Assembly: GCA_946965045.2 (NCBI GenBank)
Contig: OX337236.1
Coordinates: forward strand, 1,240,001 to 1,304,000
Direction of reading: 5' to 3'
Length of the DNA stretch: 64,000 nt
DNA from: Epithemia pelagica
Lineage: Eukaryota; Protista; Bacillariophyta
This document shows positions 43,118-54,891 of this stretch, piece after piece. Positions within the stretch are counted from its first letter, which is position 1. Each line of letters starts with the position of its first letter. The notes below the pieces were generated by a model, which worked only from the letters and a program-made list of their open reading frames with translations, was not told where the DNA came from and did no database searches. Both the position numbers and the translations under genes were made by a program.

Positions 43118-44099
43118 CTAAACAACATGTTCGGCGGCGTCCTTGATGTTCAAATGACTGTGCTTGTCTGGCTCGGACATGGTGCCTTGTTTGTTGTTGG
43201 ACAACACCACAGTCTCGGCGGTGGAGAACGGAACGGACGAGGAGGTGCGACGGTTCCGTGCGAGTTGCTCTCCCAACCACAAGAACCACAGGGGCCAAAA
43301 CAAGAATCGGGACACTAGCTTGACCACCGTGGCAACTTGCGTGTATGGTATCCATGACTCGAGGCGTAGTACTTCCACGGCAAATTCCACGAGGGAAATC
43401 CAGGACAGGACCAAGCAATATCCTCCAAAGTTTCGGGAGAGAAACGGGCGGGGGCGTTTGGGACGCCCCGACGACGACGACAGCGGTTGTGCTTCGTCGT
43501 TGCCGGCACGAACGAATTGAATATTTACTTGTCTTTGAATCGAAACAAAGAGAAGGACTAATTGTGGCCGCAAACAATACTTCAATGGCATCGACCCAAA
43601 GAACGATTCCATGTATTGCCACTGCCGCAACTTCCAGCACACGCCAGCCAATGTGATCGTCCTCTTTGTTGCTGTCCAACCAACGATCCAAGTTGAATTC
43701 GGTCGACATCCATATCATGGCGGTAGAGGACCCCGTTGCCAAAAGAGTGCTCAACAGTTCAATCATGGAAGCAGCCATGGCCAATACACCAATGGACGAA
43801 TGCAAGCCAACCAACCGTTTTCCACCCATGGACAATTTCCATGCCGTTTGCAGTAGAGGTATACAAAATGTGACCCAGGCCAGAACATTTACAAAACCCG
43901 ACACTATAGCGAGAGGTTGCAAATCTCTTCGCAACTTCCAATCTTCCTCAATCAATTCCGTGTCCATCTCCTTGTATTCGTCAAAGTTAGACAATTGGTT
44001 CGATTTTTGACTGAATTTGCGAAACACAGTCAGCTCCAGAATGCCGCCCAAAATGGAAAACAAGGCTGCCACAAAACATGATCCAGCAACTCGTCCCAT
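43118..44099 (-). pseudogene. Multi-pass membrane protein, paralog B, frameshifted near 43560 (pseudogene or sequence error)
   Basis: Homology to paralog A switches frame at FAATI|(L)VLLFVSIQRQ. Restoring two T (ATT TTA GTC) restores colinearity. No intron fits at this point. Confidence 0.7.
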
Positions 44100-44427
44100 G
44101 GTTGTATATGATGCTGGTGGAAGGATTCAATATCTGAACTCTCCTCAAACTGTCTCGGATCGTTATATGGTTCCAAAGAATGAACATCTTTCAAAGGAGA
44201 TGCTAGAGTTACCAGATGAAGTGGGACCGCCATGTTCCCTGCTATGCAGGATGCAGGGTTCTTTGACTTTGTGACGATTCGGAGTTTTTCTGGGAGAATC
44301 TTCTCGAGATTCTCTCGCGATGGCACGGAATTTATCACTGACCACACAAAAAAGTATCTTTCGAAAGATCTTTGATTTGATTTGAATTCTGATTTTCGAC
44401 AATGTGCAGAATCCAAAAGTCATTGCC

Positions 44428-45504
44428 ATGACCACCAGTGCCGCCGTTTCTACAGCTGCTCCAAGGAGCGATAAGCTGGAAGAAGCGTTGACTCAAGTGC
44501 GTCAGAACCAGAGTCAGTGGACCGAGGTCCCCACCATGTCTGGAGAAGGCCTGTTTGAGCTATTTCAAGAGCATCAGCGACACTCCAACAACAATACCAA
44601 CAACGAGGAACACGCCGAGTCGGATTTTGTATTGGTCGATGTTCGTTCCAAGGCAGAACGCCGAGTGAGTGTCATTGCAAATTCCATTTCGCTAAAAGAA
44701 TACAACGAAATCTATGCGCCCAAGAGAAACAAGAATCCATCGGATGGGGCGTCATCATCATCATCATCTGGTACCAAAGTTATTTTGTATTGCACAATTG
44801 GTTATCGATCTGGTATGGAAGCAACTCATTTGCTTCATCGAGATCCGTCTTTGAATGGGCGCATCTACAACATGGCAGGAATCGTGGCATTTTCACACGC
44901 TGTCGTGCACCATGCCCAAGGACAAGGCAATACTAATATCACAGATGCAACAGGAAACATGCCTACAAACACCACTGCAAGTCCACGAACCAGTCTTTCC
45001 GAACCTTCCAACTATCATCGAACGCCAACCGTGGAAGCCCTGGATCCAGATTGGGCATGGAACTTGTTGGTGGACCCGGCCACGCAGTCCCCCACGCGTC
45101 TGGTACATACCTTTGGTGATACCTGGGACTTGTGTCCCGAAAATGAGATTGAAACACGCCAATTTTCGACACTGGCACTTCTTTGGCAGTTTTTGACCTT
45201 GTTTGTCCACATGATGGTACGATTTTTGCAACGGTGTGGCCATTCCCTGCACAAGGCAACGATGCGGAGCAACAGATCTCCGACCTCGACTGTTGAGACA
45301 CATCCTCTCCATCAATCGGATCCTTCTGTGATGGCTGTCGAAATGACAGAGCAAGGCGAGGAAGAAGAAGAAGAAGCAGCAGAAACAGTAGGAACGACAT
45401 CGATTATTCCACCTGCCCAAACCTCACAGAACGTACGACCGTTTGCTACCTCGGCAAGTGGACTTCGAGCACGGTCGAGTAGCAATCTGTCTTCCGCTCC
45501 TTAG
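44428..45504 (+). CDS. Rhodanese-like domain protein
   Basis: VLVDVRS..ER.VS.I, active-site loop LYCTIGYRSG and YNMAGIVAF. Confidence 0.85.
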   Translation: MTTSAAVSTAAPRSDKLEEALTQVRQNQSQWTEVPTMSGEGLFELFQEHQRHSNNNTNNEEHAESDFVLVDVRSKAERRVSVIANSISLKEYNEIYAPKRNKNPSDGASSSSSSGTKVILYCTIGYRSGMEATHLLHRDPSLNGRIYNMAGIVAFSHAVVHHAQGQGNTNITDATGNMPTNTTASPRTSLSEPSNYHRTPTVEALDPDWAWNLLVDPATQSPTRLVHTFGDTWDLCPENEIETRQFSTLALLWQFLTLFVHMMVRFLQRCGHSLHKATMRSNRSPTSTVETHPLHQSDPSVMAVEMTEQGEEEEEEAAETVGTTSIIPPAQTSQNVRPFATSASGLRARSSSNLSSAP

Positions 45505-45931
45505 AGATGCAGGGATCAAGAAGTGTAACAGAACTACTAAAAGTACACCTTCCCGTTCTGAGTGTGGCCCCATCACTGGTTCATCGTCTGAAGCTACCTT
45601 GCGGAAAGCCTACCCAGTTCATCAACGCGGCAACAATACATTTCATGCAATAATCAAGGAAGAACTTTGTTCACTTGACGATTCTTCCTATCAGGCCCCG
45701 TTAGCCTTAGCACGACAACAAAGCTCACCCAGGATCCAAGATACCATCTGCTCTCCGCTTCGACCTCTATTCACATGCCGGGTAGCCAAGTCGCTCTTCC
45801 ATATTTAGGCGCGACCAAGAAGCGCGAAAACCCGCCATCCACAGAATCCACACACAGATGCAGCCTTTCTCACAAAATCAAAAACTCAAAAACTTTCTCC
45901 ACAACACACCCAAACAACTCGAACTTACACC

Positions 45932-46780
45932 ATGTCGACTACCTTTGAAACATCCAGCGCTTCCTTTCAACCCGAAACAGCACAACAGAACTTCCATGAA
46001 TCATCCAATGATATTGTCCAAAACCTTCGAGACCTTCTTCTCCTTTTTGATGGTTCTGACGTTCAAGAAGCCAAGCTCTATGCTGCCTATGACAAAGTTT
46101 TCCATGAAGATGTCAGTGTTCAGACAAATTCCTCAGACTCTCCCCTCGAAGACCGAATGGACCCAGACAAGCTTGTCGAACTGAATCATGATGACTGTTA
46201 CAAACAAGTCTTCCTGGCATATGCCAAGATGCGCGTCAAGGTTGAAAACATGTCGATTCAAGTTCCTGCCGCAGGCAAGATTGATTATTTTGTCCAGTTA
46301 GACCAAATGGGTCACACTGCTGTTGTTCACCTATCCGCGGAAACAAGGGACAACAAAATCTACCATTTGGAGCGGAAAGAAACACGTTTGCTCGCAATTG
46401 AAAACCTGAAGAATCTGTTTATCAAGCATGATGGATCACAACCTTACAATCGAGAACAGTGTTTTGAAGCTTTTGAAGCTACGTTTGATGAAAATGGCAC
46501 AGTTCTTACTTTTCCATCGGGCACGAAACCAGAGAATTTTGGTGACCTCTCGAACTGTGTGCAACTCAATTTCAATGAGGCCTTTGCGAATTATTCGGGT
46601 TGGATCCAAAGCCTTGACAGTCCTCTCAAGATTGTTTTCATGAAGCCCAAGGAAGGAGGCGTGTTGGAGTATGCTCTCCAGGGAAGTTACATGGGAGATA
46701 CATTCACCTGCTTTAACCGTGCGCATTCCTCACATGACAAAATCGTGTCAGTCGAAACTGTCAAGATCGTAAAGAATTAA
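45932..46780 (+). CDS. 282-aa protein with two internal alpha/beta repeats (NTF2/SnoaL-like fold inferred), copy 1
   Basis: Intact ATG-to-stop ORF. The two halves share NLxxL...DGS...F...LN...Y...KI patterns. Confidence 0.8.
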   Translation: MSTTFETSSASFQPETAQQNFHESSNDIVQNLRDLLLLFDGSDVQEAKLYAAYDKVFHEDVSVQTNSSDSPLEDRMDPDKLVELNHDDCYKQVFLAYAKMRVKVENMSIQVPAAGKIDYFVQLDQMGHTAVVHLSAETRDNKIYHLERKETRLLAIENLKNLFIKHDGSQPYNREQCFEAFEATFDENGTVLTFPSGTKPENFGDLSNCVQLNFNEAFANYSGWIQSLDSPLKIVFMKPKEGGVLEYALQGSYMGDTFTCFNRAHSSHDKIVSVETVKIVKN

Positions 46781-47500
46781 TTCCCTCGAGCGAAAGACTA
46801 GAGGCTCATAAGAAGTTGCAATCTGACAACAACTCTTTGTTTCTTTATTTATAGAAGAGAAAGACTAAACTACAAGAATTGGAAATAAAAATCTGGTTTA
46901 ACAGCGTTTTTCAATCCATTTTTCTTGCTTGAGACTGTAATGCTGGGCATTACAAGGTTACAGCATGTCACTAAAAGCCATATCCAGATCGGAGGTACCA
47001 TGCCGTATTCTCATCACTACCTAGGCAACAAAATAGGCAGCAAACCTCAAAATAATGTCATACTCGAGACTAGGAGTAATTGCGTTTTCATATCCAACTC
47101 GATTCATCTGCGTTAGCTTCGCCGCCAGAGAACTCGGGTATGGTCAATGCAAGCTTAAGCCTTTCACATGGGATCGACAATCAGTGACCCATTGCTGTTT
47201 CATACGAACTTCCAAGTTCATAGGAGTAGATGATAGTAGCTGGGACAGAAAGGAAGCGATTTGAAATCCTGGTTACCACAAGTTTTTGCAGTGAAGTTCG
47301 GGTAGACTAACTCACCTTAGTCCCGTTGAGCTTAGTGCATAGGAGTAGCGCATAGTGACCAGTTGGCTATCCGCGCAAAATAATGCAGACGCGCGACCAA
47401 GACCAACACAGGATTGATAGACATCCGTTCTCCGTTCTCACAAAATCAAAAACTCAAGAACTGAACAAGTAAAACCAAACACAACTCAAACTCAAATACC

Positions 47501-48349
47501 ATGTCTACTACTTTTGAAACCTCCAGTGCTTCCTTCCAGCCTGAATCGACACAAGCCGATTATCATGCCACATCCCATGATATTGTCCAAAACCTTCGCG
47601 ATCTCCTTCTCCTTCTTGATGGCTCCGAGGTTCAAGAGACAAACTTCTACAATGCCTACAACAAAGTATTCCACAAAGATGCCAGAGTTCTGACGTACTT
47701 CTCCGACTCTCCTCTTGAAGACCGAATGGATCCAGCAAAACAAGTTGAACTGGATCATGATTCATGCTATCAACAAGTTTTCTTGGCATATGCCAAGATG
47801 CGTGTCAAGGTTGAAAACGTGTCGATTCAGGCTCCTTCTGCAGGCAAGATTGAATACTTTGTTCAGTTGGACCAAATGGGTCACACTGCCGTTGTCCATC
47901 TTTCTGCGGAAACAAAGGACAACAAAATTTACCATTTGGAGCGAAAAGAAACACGCTTACTCGCAGTTGAAAACCTGAAGAATCTGTTTATCAAGCATGA
48001 TGGATCACAACCTTACAATCGAGAACAGTGTTTTGAAGCTTTTGAAGCTACGTTTGATGAAAATGGCACAGCTCTTACCTTTCCATCGGGTACGAAACCA
48101 GAGGATTTTGGTGACCTCTCGAATCGTGTGCATCTGAATTTCAATGAGGCCTTTGCGAATTATTCGGGTTGGATCCAAAGCCTTGACAGTGCTCTCAAGA
48201 TTATTTTCATGAAACCCAAGGAAGGAGGCGTGTTGGAGTATGCTCTCCAGGGAAGTTACATGGGAGATACATTCACGTCCTTTAACCGTGCGCATTCCTC
48301 ACATGACAAAATCGTGTCAGTCGAAACTGTCAAGATCGTAAAGAATTAA
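47501..48349 (+). CDS. 282-aa protein with two internal alpha/beta repeats, copy 2
   Basis: Colinear paralog of 45932..46780 with identical length. Confidence 0.8.
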   Translation: MSTTFETSSASFQPESTQADYHATSHDIVQNLRDLLLLLDGSEVQETNFYNAYNKVFHKDARVLTYFSDSPLEDRMDPAKQVELDHDSCYQQVFLAYAKMRVKVENVSIQAPSAGKIEYFVQLDQMGHTAVVHLSAETKDNKIYHLERKETRLLAVENLKNLFIKHDGSQPYNREQCFEAFEATFDENGTALTFPSGTKPEDFGDLSNRVHLNFNEAFANYSGWIQSLDSALKIIFMKPKEGGVLEYALQGSYMGDTFTSFNRAHSSHDKIVSVETVKIVKN

Positions 48350-48790
48350 TTCCCTCGAAAGACAAGAGGCTCACAAGAAGTTGCAATCTGACAGCAACTC
48401 TTTGTTTCTTTATAGATAGAAGAGAAAGACTAAACTAGAAGAAATGGAAATAAAAGAACTGGTTAAACAGCGTTTTTCAATCCATTTTTCTTTCTTGAGA
48501 CTGTAATGCTGGGCACTACAAGGTAACAGCATGTCACTGAAAGCCCTATCCAGATCGGAGGTACCATGTTGTATTCGCATCGCGGCCTAGGCAACGAAAT
48601 AGGCAGCATACCTCAAAACAATGTCAAACTCGGGATTAGGAGAAAGTGCGTTTTCATATCCAACTCGATTCATCTGCGTTAGGTTCGACTCCAGAGAACT
48701 CTGGTACGGTTAATGCAAGCTTAAGTATTCTTCCAATTTTTTGGATGTCATTCTGTTGTAGCATGAAAGGAAAGATTGTTGCAGCACTGG

Positions 48791-49378
48791 ATGAATATGA
48801 TAGTCGTTGAGGATGAGACTACAGATGTTTTAGTGGAGCATACCTGGGGTGTGGGACGCGATTTGTATTACGCCAATTTGACGACTCTTGATATGTATTA
48901 TCTTTATCATGAGCCCAAGAATGGAATCCCCGAAGTCTTTATTGATCCATCTGTGGGAGACGCCGGCAGGTGTGAAATTCCGACAACTGTGATTGGAGGT
49001 CTCATCGCAGGTGTTCCCCTGTTCGCGGTCCTTTTGTTGGCACAAGGTTTGTCTTCTGTCGACTACTTTGCATTTCTCCCCTGCCTCTCTCTCGCAAGCG
49101 TAATCGGATGGTTGACCTACCGGCACACCTATCACATATCCTACACTCGTGTTCGCGAGGGCAAGGGAGCCCGAATTGTTGGGTGGGTCCCAAGAGATTA
49201 TGATCATGAAGCTCAGCCATGTTCGGTTCCCAGGGAAGGCGAGGATGACTTTGGTCCGACAGTGTCCCTACAAATGGGACGACATTCAGGAATATCCATG
49301 GTTGTACCACCCGAAACAACACATCGTGTGGGATATTCTCGTGCTGAAGTCGTTGACGAAGAACGAGGTTTTTCATGA
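48791..49378 (+). CDS. Hypothetical membrane protein or 3' gene fragment
   Basis: Open frame with two adjacent TM-like segments (VIGGLIAGVPLFAVLLLA, FAFLPCLSLASVIGWL). The 5' end is unresolved. Confidence 0.45.
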   Translation: MNMIVVEDETTDVLVEHTWGVGRDLYYANLTTLDMYYLYHEPKNGIPEVFIDPSVGDAGRCEIPTTVIGGLIAGVPLFAVLLLAQGLSSVDYFAFLPCLSLASVIGWLTYRHTYHISYTRVREGKGARIVGWVPRDYDHEAQPCSVPREGEDDFGPTVSLQMGRHSGISMVVPPETTHRVGYSRAEVVDEERGFS

Positions 49379-49574
49379 GTTCCTTTGGAAATTCCATGGT
49401 TTGAAACGAGGTTTTTCATGGATCACTTTGAAATTTAAGGGGTTTGTACCGAATACTCCGTGAGCCAAGAGGTGCCCATGCGGAATGTGTATAGAAATCC
49501 TTTAATAGTTTACACTGTATTCATCCATATGTAACTTACATACCTTCCTTCATCTTGGAAAAATATACGTAGTG

Positions 49575-51349
49575 TTATCTCGGGATTTCTTTTTCGGCTT
49601 GTTTTCGAATGGTATTCAACTGTCCAATAAGAGTGTTCGCCTTGGTAAAGGACTCTTTTTTCCCTTCCCCCGTCAACTGTCTCTGCTTGTTATTCGCCGA
49701 ATGGTAGAGTAACGATTTGGAGAAATTAGCAGGGTTGTCAATGACAATGATACGTTGCATGTTACAGGCGTGCCGAACCGTAGAGAGTTGCATTCCCCCC
49801 GAGTACCATTCCACGTTTCTCATATCCAAACCATCGTAGCGGTAATGCGGTGGTTCGTAGGGTGGCAAGAACCCGCCTGGACAAATTTCCGTATGCCACT
49901 CCCATAATTGCTGTCGAGTAGCCATCCAGCCCCCTTGATTGTTGATATACTTGAATTCTAACGGTGCTGGTCGACGGGCTTTTTTGTCGTCCTTGCCCCA
50001 ATACTTTAAGTGTTGATTGGACCAATAATCACCAATGATTTGGTTTTTGTCCAGTTTGTTTTGACTTGGACCTCGCAACATAACAACCCAATCCAACCAG
50101 CTATTGGAGGGCATTTTACGAACTCCGAGAGGCCATATATTCGTCTCCCATAGCATGAGTTTATCAGCAGCAGGTGATTGGGGAATATGGTCATTTGCCG
50201 CGTCGGGTGAAACATGACAACAAAACTCTGGTGAAACCTGAGCGTCTTCATCATCATTACCGAATTTCATATCAATGGGGATAGGGCCCGTAGTTCTCTG
50301 TGCGGGGTATTTGTCCTCATCCAGCAATACTTCAACTCGAATAAAACCAGGTATCATTCGTTTCAGCATTCCTTTGGTTAACTGTGTTCCCCACCCATAA
50401 ATCAGCCATACCACAAGAATGAGTGAGCGCATCCATACCGACATGCATACGCAAGCAAAAGACTTACCGGGCCATGGTAGTGTTGATCTGGTTTGACACC
50501 ATCCGGAAGATGAACCGAATCAGGAGCCGATTCACGCAGACGTAGCAACTCGTTGGTCACGGCAGAGAAATGTTGAATGTGCTCCGCATGAATGACCATG
50601 TCATCTTCGAAACATGCAAATAAATCATACTTTGCAAGTTTGTCCTTGATGACAAAGCGATGCTGTCTTGCCAAATGCAGGGTTCGATTTTCCAGCTTCA
50701 CAAAGGGTTCTTTCCCTGTATCATACCCCAAAGGGGTTGCGGAATTCCAAAACTCCAATCCCACCGAGCTGGGAAGAGCTCTTCGCACAAGTTCATATCG
50801 TTCCGGTTGCAGGATAAAATGACACACCAAGAATACGTCGACTGAATACCCTGCTTTGAGCATGCTTTGTACTGACTCGGACATGACAGGGATGAGAGTT
50901 TCTTGCAAACTGAACCAAGAGACAGTGTGCAAGAAAGAAGAGAGGCCGATGTATGAGCACATACATGGAACGGTGATCAAAAAGAGTCATTGAGTTGCGT
51001 ACCGATCCGATCCTCTCACAGTGTTTCGCGTTCCTGAATTGTACTCTGCCAAGGTTGTAATGATGTAGAGGATGCGAGTTGATTTGGATGCTGTTTCATC
51101 TCTGTGCTCACTTACAGCACTGAGAGAGCGGCCAGAGATTGAACTCGATCCAGAGAATTGTACTTTCGATAGAATCAATGCCACCAGGGCGACGACGGCC
51201 ATTGACAAGAGGACATGTTTCTTCCAGCTCCTAACTCGCTCACTGGGCAGTTTTGTGCGAATTGGGGGGCCATTGTCACTGTCTTCGACTCGAATATCCT
51301 CCTCCATCCCTTCCTTGACTTGAGCGGCTAGATTCCTTCTCATCTCCAT
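49575..51349 (-). CDS. Type II membrane protein, putative glycosyltransferase-like, 3 exons
   Basis: Introns 50911-51002 and 50382-50467 join three ORFs in frame (SDR|LQET, HGP|LTKG). It has an N-terminal TM anchor and an FEDDM acidic motif. Function is inferred only. Confidence 0.75.
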
Positions 51350-51641
51350 GTTTGTGCGGCCGTCTTTTGGGAATGGATAAAAAATGTCATGCGACGGGTG
51401 GGACGGTCATCGTCGAAAATCCTGATCCGGTCGCAGAAGCTGAGAAGATTTCACTGCCCACGGTCTGCGCATGCGCATCATTCATGACTGACGAATCGGG
51501 ACTTCCCAGTCCACTACCCGCCACAACGCAGTCCAGATATCTTATTGATCTTTGGTGGAAGGAGAAAAGAGAGCAAGAGAGGGATCGATCGAACAGACTA
51601 GACATTAATACAAGTACACCCCAAGTCCAGATTGTTGTGCC

Positions 51642-53228
51642 ATGTCATCGTTTCGGCCCAAGATCTCGAACGCCGGTGGCGGCGGCGGAGGAGGAGGAGG
51701 TGGTATGTCGTCCGAAGATGCGGAGCAGGAAGCCGCCGAACGGAACTTGATTCGACGATGTATTGATTATCACGGTCCATCTATATTGGATATACAAAGT
51801 CGCCTGTACACAGTGGCAAGTCGCTCTCATCACGCTCGTCGACTCCCCGCAATGCAACCCCATTCTTCCCATTTGTTTCGCATGGGCATGCCCTTATCGA
51901 CGGTGGCGGCGCCGACGCCCTCTCAGTTTTATCTCACCTACATGGCGCATGTGACAAGAGCCAAGAATTCCACACCGGTCATGTGCATTTCGTGGACACC
52001 TGGTGGAAGACGATTACTCACCGGAAATCAAGAAGGAGAATTTACGCTTTGGGATGGAATCACTTTTGGCTTTGAGTTGATCATGAGTGCCCATGACACG
52101 GCCTTTCGAGCCATGGCATGGTCGCACAACCGCAATTATCTCTTGACAAGTGATGCTGGTGGAAATATTAAATACTGGTCACCCTCCATTGCACCTGTCC
52201 AGTCCTTGGATAGTCACAATCAACAATCCATTCATGCCTTGTCCTTTTCGCCTGCAGATACGAAATTTGTATCGTGTGGTGACGATGCCACGGTTCGAAT
52301 CTGGGATTGGGCCTCGCATCGCGAAGAACGTGTTTTGGAAGGACATGGATGGGACGTCAAGGCAGCGCAATGGCATCCACGATCGTCTGTTATTGCTACC
52401 GGTTCCAAGGATAATTTGGTCAAATTGTGGGACCCGAGAGCTGGAAGCTGTCTATCAACGCTCTATGGACACAAAAACACTGTCACGAATGTGGCATGGA
52501 ACGACAATGGCAATTGGCTACTGACGACATCGCGTGACCAGCTTATTAAGTTATACGATGTTCGTGCGATGAAAGAACTATGTTCTCTCAAGGGTCATTT
52601 CAAAGAAGTGACCAGTGTGGCGTGGCATCCGATCCAAGAGACTGTGTTTGCTTCCGGAGGGATGGATGGTACTCTCTTATTTTGGAATGTTGGCCCGAAA
52701 GGCATGTCGGAACCAGCAGCCAAGGTTCCCTTTGCCCATGATATGGCCATTTGGGATTTGCAGTGGCATCCGGCAGGCCACATGTTGGCCACGGCCAGCA
52801 ATGACCGTCAAACCAAATTTTGGGCCCGCAATCGCGTTGGTTCATCTAATGGCCTACCAGAACAAGACGAAGCCGTAGGTGTTGTCGCCAACAAGCCGGC
52901 GGCCGAAGCCACAACACAGGCCAGTGGAGCGGCGGCCAACGCAACTGTCAGCAACAGCCGTGAACTATTGACGGATGAAGTGGAGTTGGGTAACCATGTC
53001 GGAATTGTCATTGGTCGCAAGGGACAAACAATCATTAGTATGCAACGTGCAACTGGTACGAAAATGCATGTCGATCAAGTTCGACGAACCTTACTCATTC
53101 AAGGCACTGCCCGACAAATTGAGACTGTCAAGAAACGAGTCCACGCGCTTCTGGATCGCGTCTCCAACGAAGACGCCCCAAGCAAACAACAGCCGCAATC
53201 CGTGGAGTCTATGATGCCCATGTCCTAA
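51642..53228 (+). CDS. WDR33: WDR33/Pfs2 polyadenylation factor with C-terminal KH domain
   Basis: [65 protein letters not shown] motif [12 protein letters not shown]. Confidence 0.92.
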   Translation: MSSFRPKISNAGGGGGGGGGGMSSEDAEQEAAERNLIRRCIDYHGPSILDIQSRLYTVASRSHHARRLPAMQPHSSHLFRMGMPLSTVAAPTPSQFYLTYMAHVTRAKNSTPVMCISWTPGGRRLLTGNQEGEFTLWDGITFGFELIMSAHDTAFRAMAWSHNRNYLLTSDAGGNIKYWSPSIAPVQSLDSHNQQSIHALSFSPADTKFVSCGDDATVRIWDWASHREERVLEGHGWDVKAAQWHPRSSVIATGSKDNLVKLWDPRAGSCLSTLYGHKNTVTNVAWNDNGNWLLTTSRDQLIKLYDVRAMKELCSLKGHFKEVTSVAWHPIQETVFASGGMDGTLLFWNVGPKGMSEPAAKVPFAHDMAIWDLQWHPAGHMLATASNDRQTKFWARNRVGSSNGLPEQDEAVGVVANKPAAEATTQASGAAANATVSNSRELLTDEVELGNHVGIVIGRKGQTIISMQRATGTKMHVDQVRRTLLIQGTARQIETVKKRVHALLDRVSNEDAPSKQQPQSVESMMPMS

Positions 53229-53649
53229 GGGGAACAAACTAGATGCTCTGTTGTCACCAAGCTGGGGCTTGCTGAGAAGCGCATCCAGAAAGCCCTCACC
53301 TACGACGGTCAAGTGGCAACCAGGGACCTCCCATTCGCGTCTTGCCGTTCTTCAATCGACAACATGATGCGAGTTGCTGATGGGTTAGCACCTGTACGGG
53401 TACAGGTCTGGACCGAGACAGGAGGACTGGGAGCTATGGCTTGCTCCCCCAGGCTTCCTGCTTGCTATGGTGGCTCATTCTTCGTTGGGTTCGGCTAGAT
53501 CTTCCTAGCAAGCCTAGTTGAGTTGCGAGGCCTGAACCCTAATCGAAATCAGCGCGCTGCGATTTCGAGATGTGTGTCGTGAATCGTGATACTGAACGAT
53601 ACCGTTTAAGTGGGATTCATATCCTATCGCTGGGGAGCACGACGCAATC

Positions 53650-54891
53650 ATGGGAGTTTGCGAGATGGAAACGGATGGAAACGTGCACACCCTCGAGACT
53701 TCACGACTGAACAAAGACAGTTGCTCCCAAAAGCAACAAGAGTGTCGGACCGCAACAAGCAGTTGCGCTTTGTTGCTAAGTAAATCAAGACATAATCGCA
53801 CAATCTCCCATCCGGAACAGAACAACAAAAAAACATATCTTATGCAAACAAACAAACAAGAAATCGTCTGTTCCGATTCCTCCGTAAACAAAATGCACAA
53901 CTCAATGGATCTCTTCCATAGTGCTGACTCTATTGGGTCGCTCAAGTACGACTTCGTGGAATTGTTCCGCTCCGGTAGCACTTTTTCATCAGGTGCTCCT
54001 CTCTATCTGGGAGATTCGATGCTTTTGTCAGGCAAGCCAACCTTCCAGTCGACTTCACACTCCAGAACCGAAGTACGCAGTAGAAGCAGCTCTCTTGAAA
54101 CAAACGCGAACGATTCAGGTCTTCATTTGGATCTGTCAATTTGCCCTCTTGCTGCTGCATCTTTGGCAGACGCAGGACGAGTAGCGGAGGAAATGAAGGA
54201 AGCCAATAAAGAAGAACCCGCGCTTGTAAATGAAGAGAAGGAAGACCAATCTACGGCACAATCAGTTCCGTGCCTCTCATCTGATGAGGAGTTCAAGCCA
54301 GATGATGACTCTGATGCAGAAGACGCATTGGATGCGGAATACATTTCTCCAGCTGGTGGCATCAAATCATCGGCTCAGAGCTCGAGGACCCGCAAACGTC
54401 AAGTTCCGAAATCCGAGAAAGTCGATGACGAATTCAGATTAGAACCGGAAGATGAAGAAACAAGTGAAAGACCCAAGAAGAAACAGAAACGCGTTCGCAA
54501 GGTGTACGAGCCAGAGGAGAGAGTCTATGTGGAATACACAGCTCTTGATGTATTGTGTCAACGCGGTGGCTTAGCCAATTCCCACACAGGAAACTGTCGC
54601 TTCCGCGAAGCCAAGGACAAGTTACAATGCGAATATTTTGCAACTCCCAAACTAGAACGAACTCGGGTCAGCCAAAAGTTGGTCGATGAAGTCCATGATT
54701 GGAAAGGCCGCTTCTTGCGAAAGGACTCCAGCGGTTGGTACGAGGTGCATAACCATGTAGCGCGGACCAAGGCAGGACAAGCCCTCCGCGAAACATACAC
54801 TCCTCAGGAACGTGCCGCAAAAAGAGCGAAGTACACCAAGAAGAAGAAATCTAAAAAACAGCATCAACTCAAGAACAAGAACACCCAGTAA
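53650..54891 (+). CDS. DUF6824-type domain protein
   Basis: DVLCQRGGLANSHTGN.RFR...KGRFL...WYEV...RTKAGQALRE. The N-terminus is uncertain. Confidence 0.82.
   Translation: MGVCEMETDGNVHTLETSRLNKDSCSQKQQECRTATSSCALLLSKSRHNRTISHPEQNNKKTYLMQTNKQEIVCSDSSVNKMHNSMDLFHSADSIGSLKYDFVELFRSGSTFSSGAPLYLGDSMLLSGKPTFQSTSHSRTEVRSRSSSLETNANDSGLHLDLSICPLAAASLADAGRVAEEMKEANKEEPALVNEEKEDQSTAQSVPCLSSDEEFKPDDDSDAEDALDAEYISPAGGIKSSAQSSRTRKRQVPKSEKVDDEFRLEPEDEETSERPKKKQKRVRKVYEPEERVYVEYTALDVLCQRGGLANSHTGNCRFREAKDKLQCEYFATPKLERTRVSQKLVDEVHDWKGRFLRKDSSGWYEVHNHVARTKAGQALRETYTPQERAAKRAKYTKKKKSKKQHQLKNKNTQ

Larger units (their letters stand above)
45867..48725. repeat. Tandem segmental duplication: about 1.3-kb units at 45867-47160 and 47437-48725
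   Basis: Homology runs from TTCTCACAAAATCAAAAACTCAA through the CDS and about 380 bp of 3' flank to AATGCAAGCTTAAG. Offset is about 1570 bp. Confidence 0.93.

Noticed and set aside
2301-51702. Trinucleotide microsatellites (GAC/GTC, CAT, GGC/GAG runs at about 2301, 35325, 42110, 44752, 51680)
   Set aside because: They encode ordinary poly-Ser or poly-Gly low-complexity tracts within CDSs.
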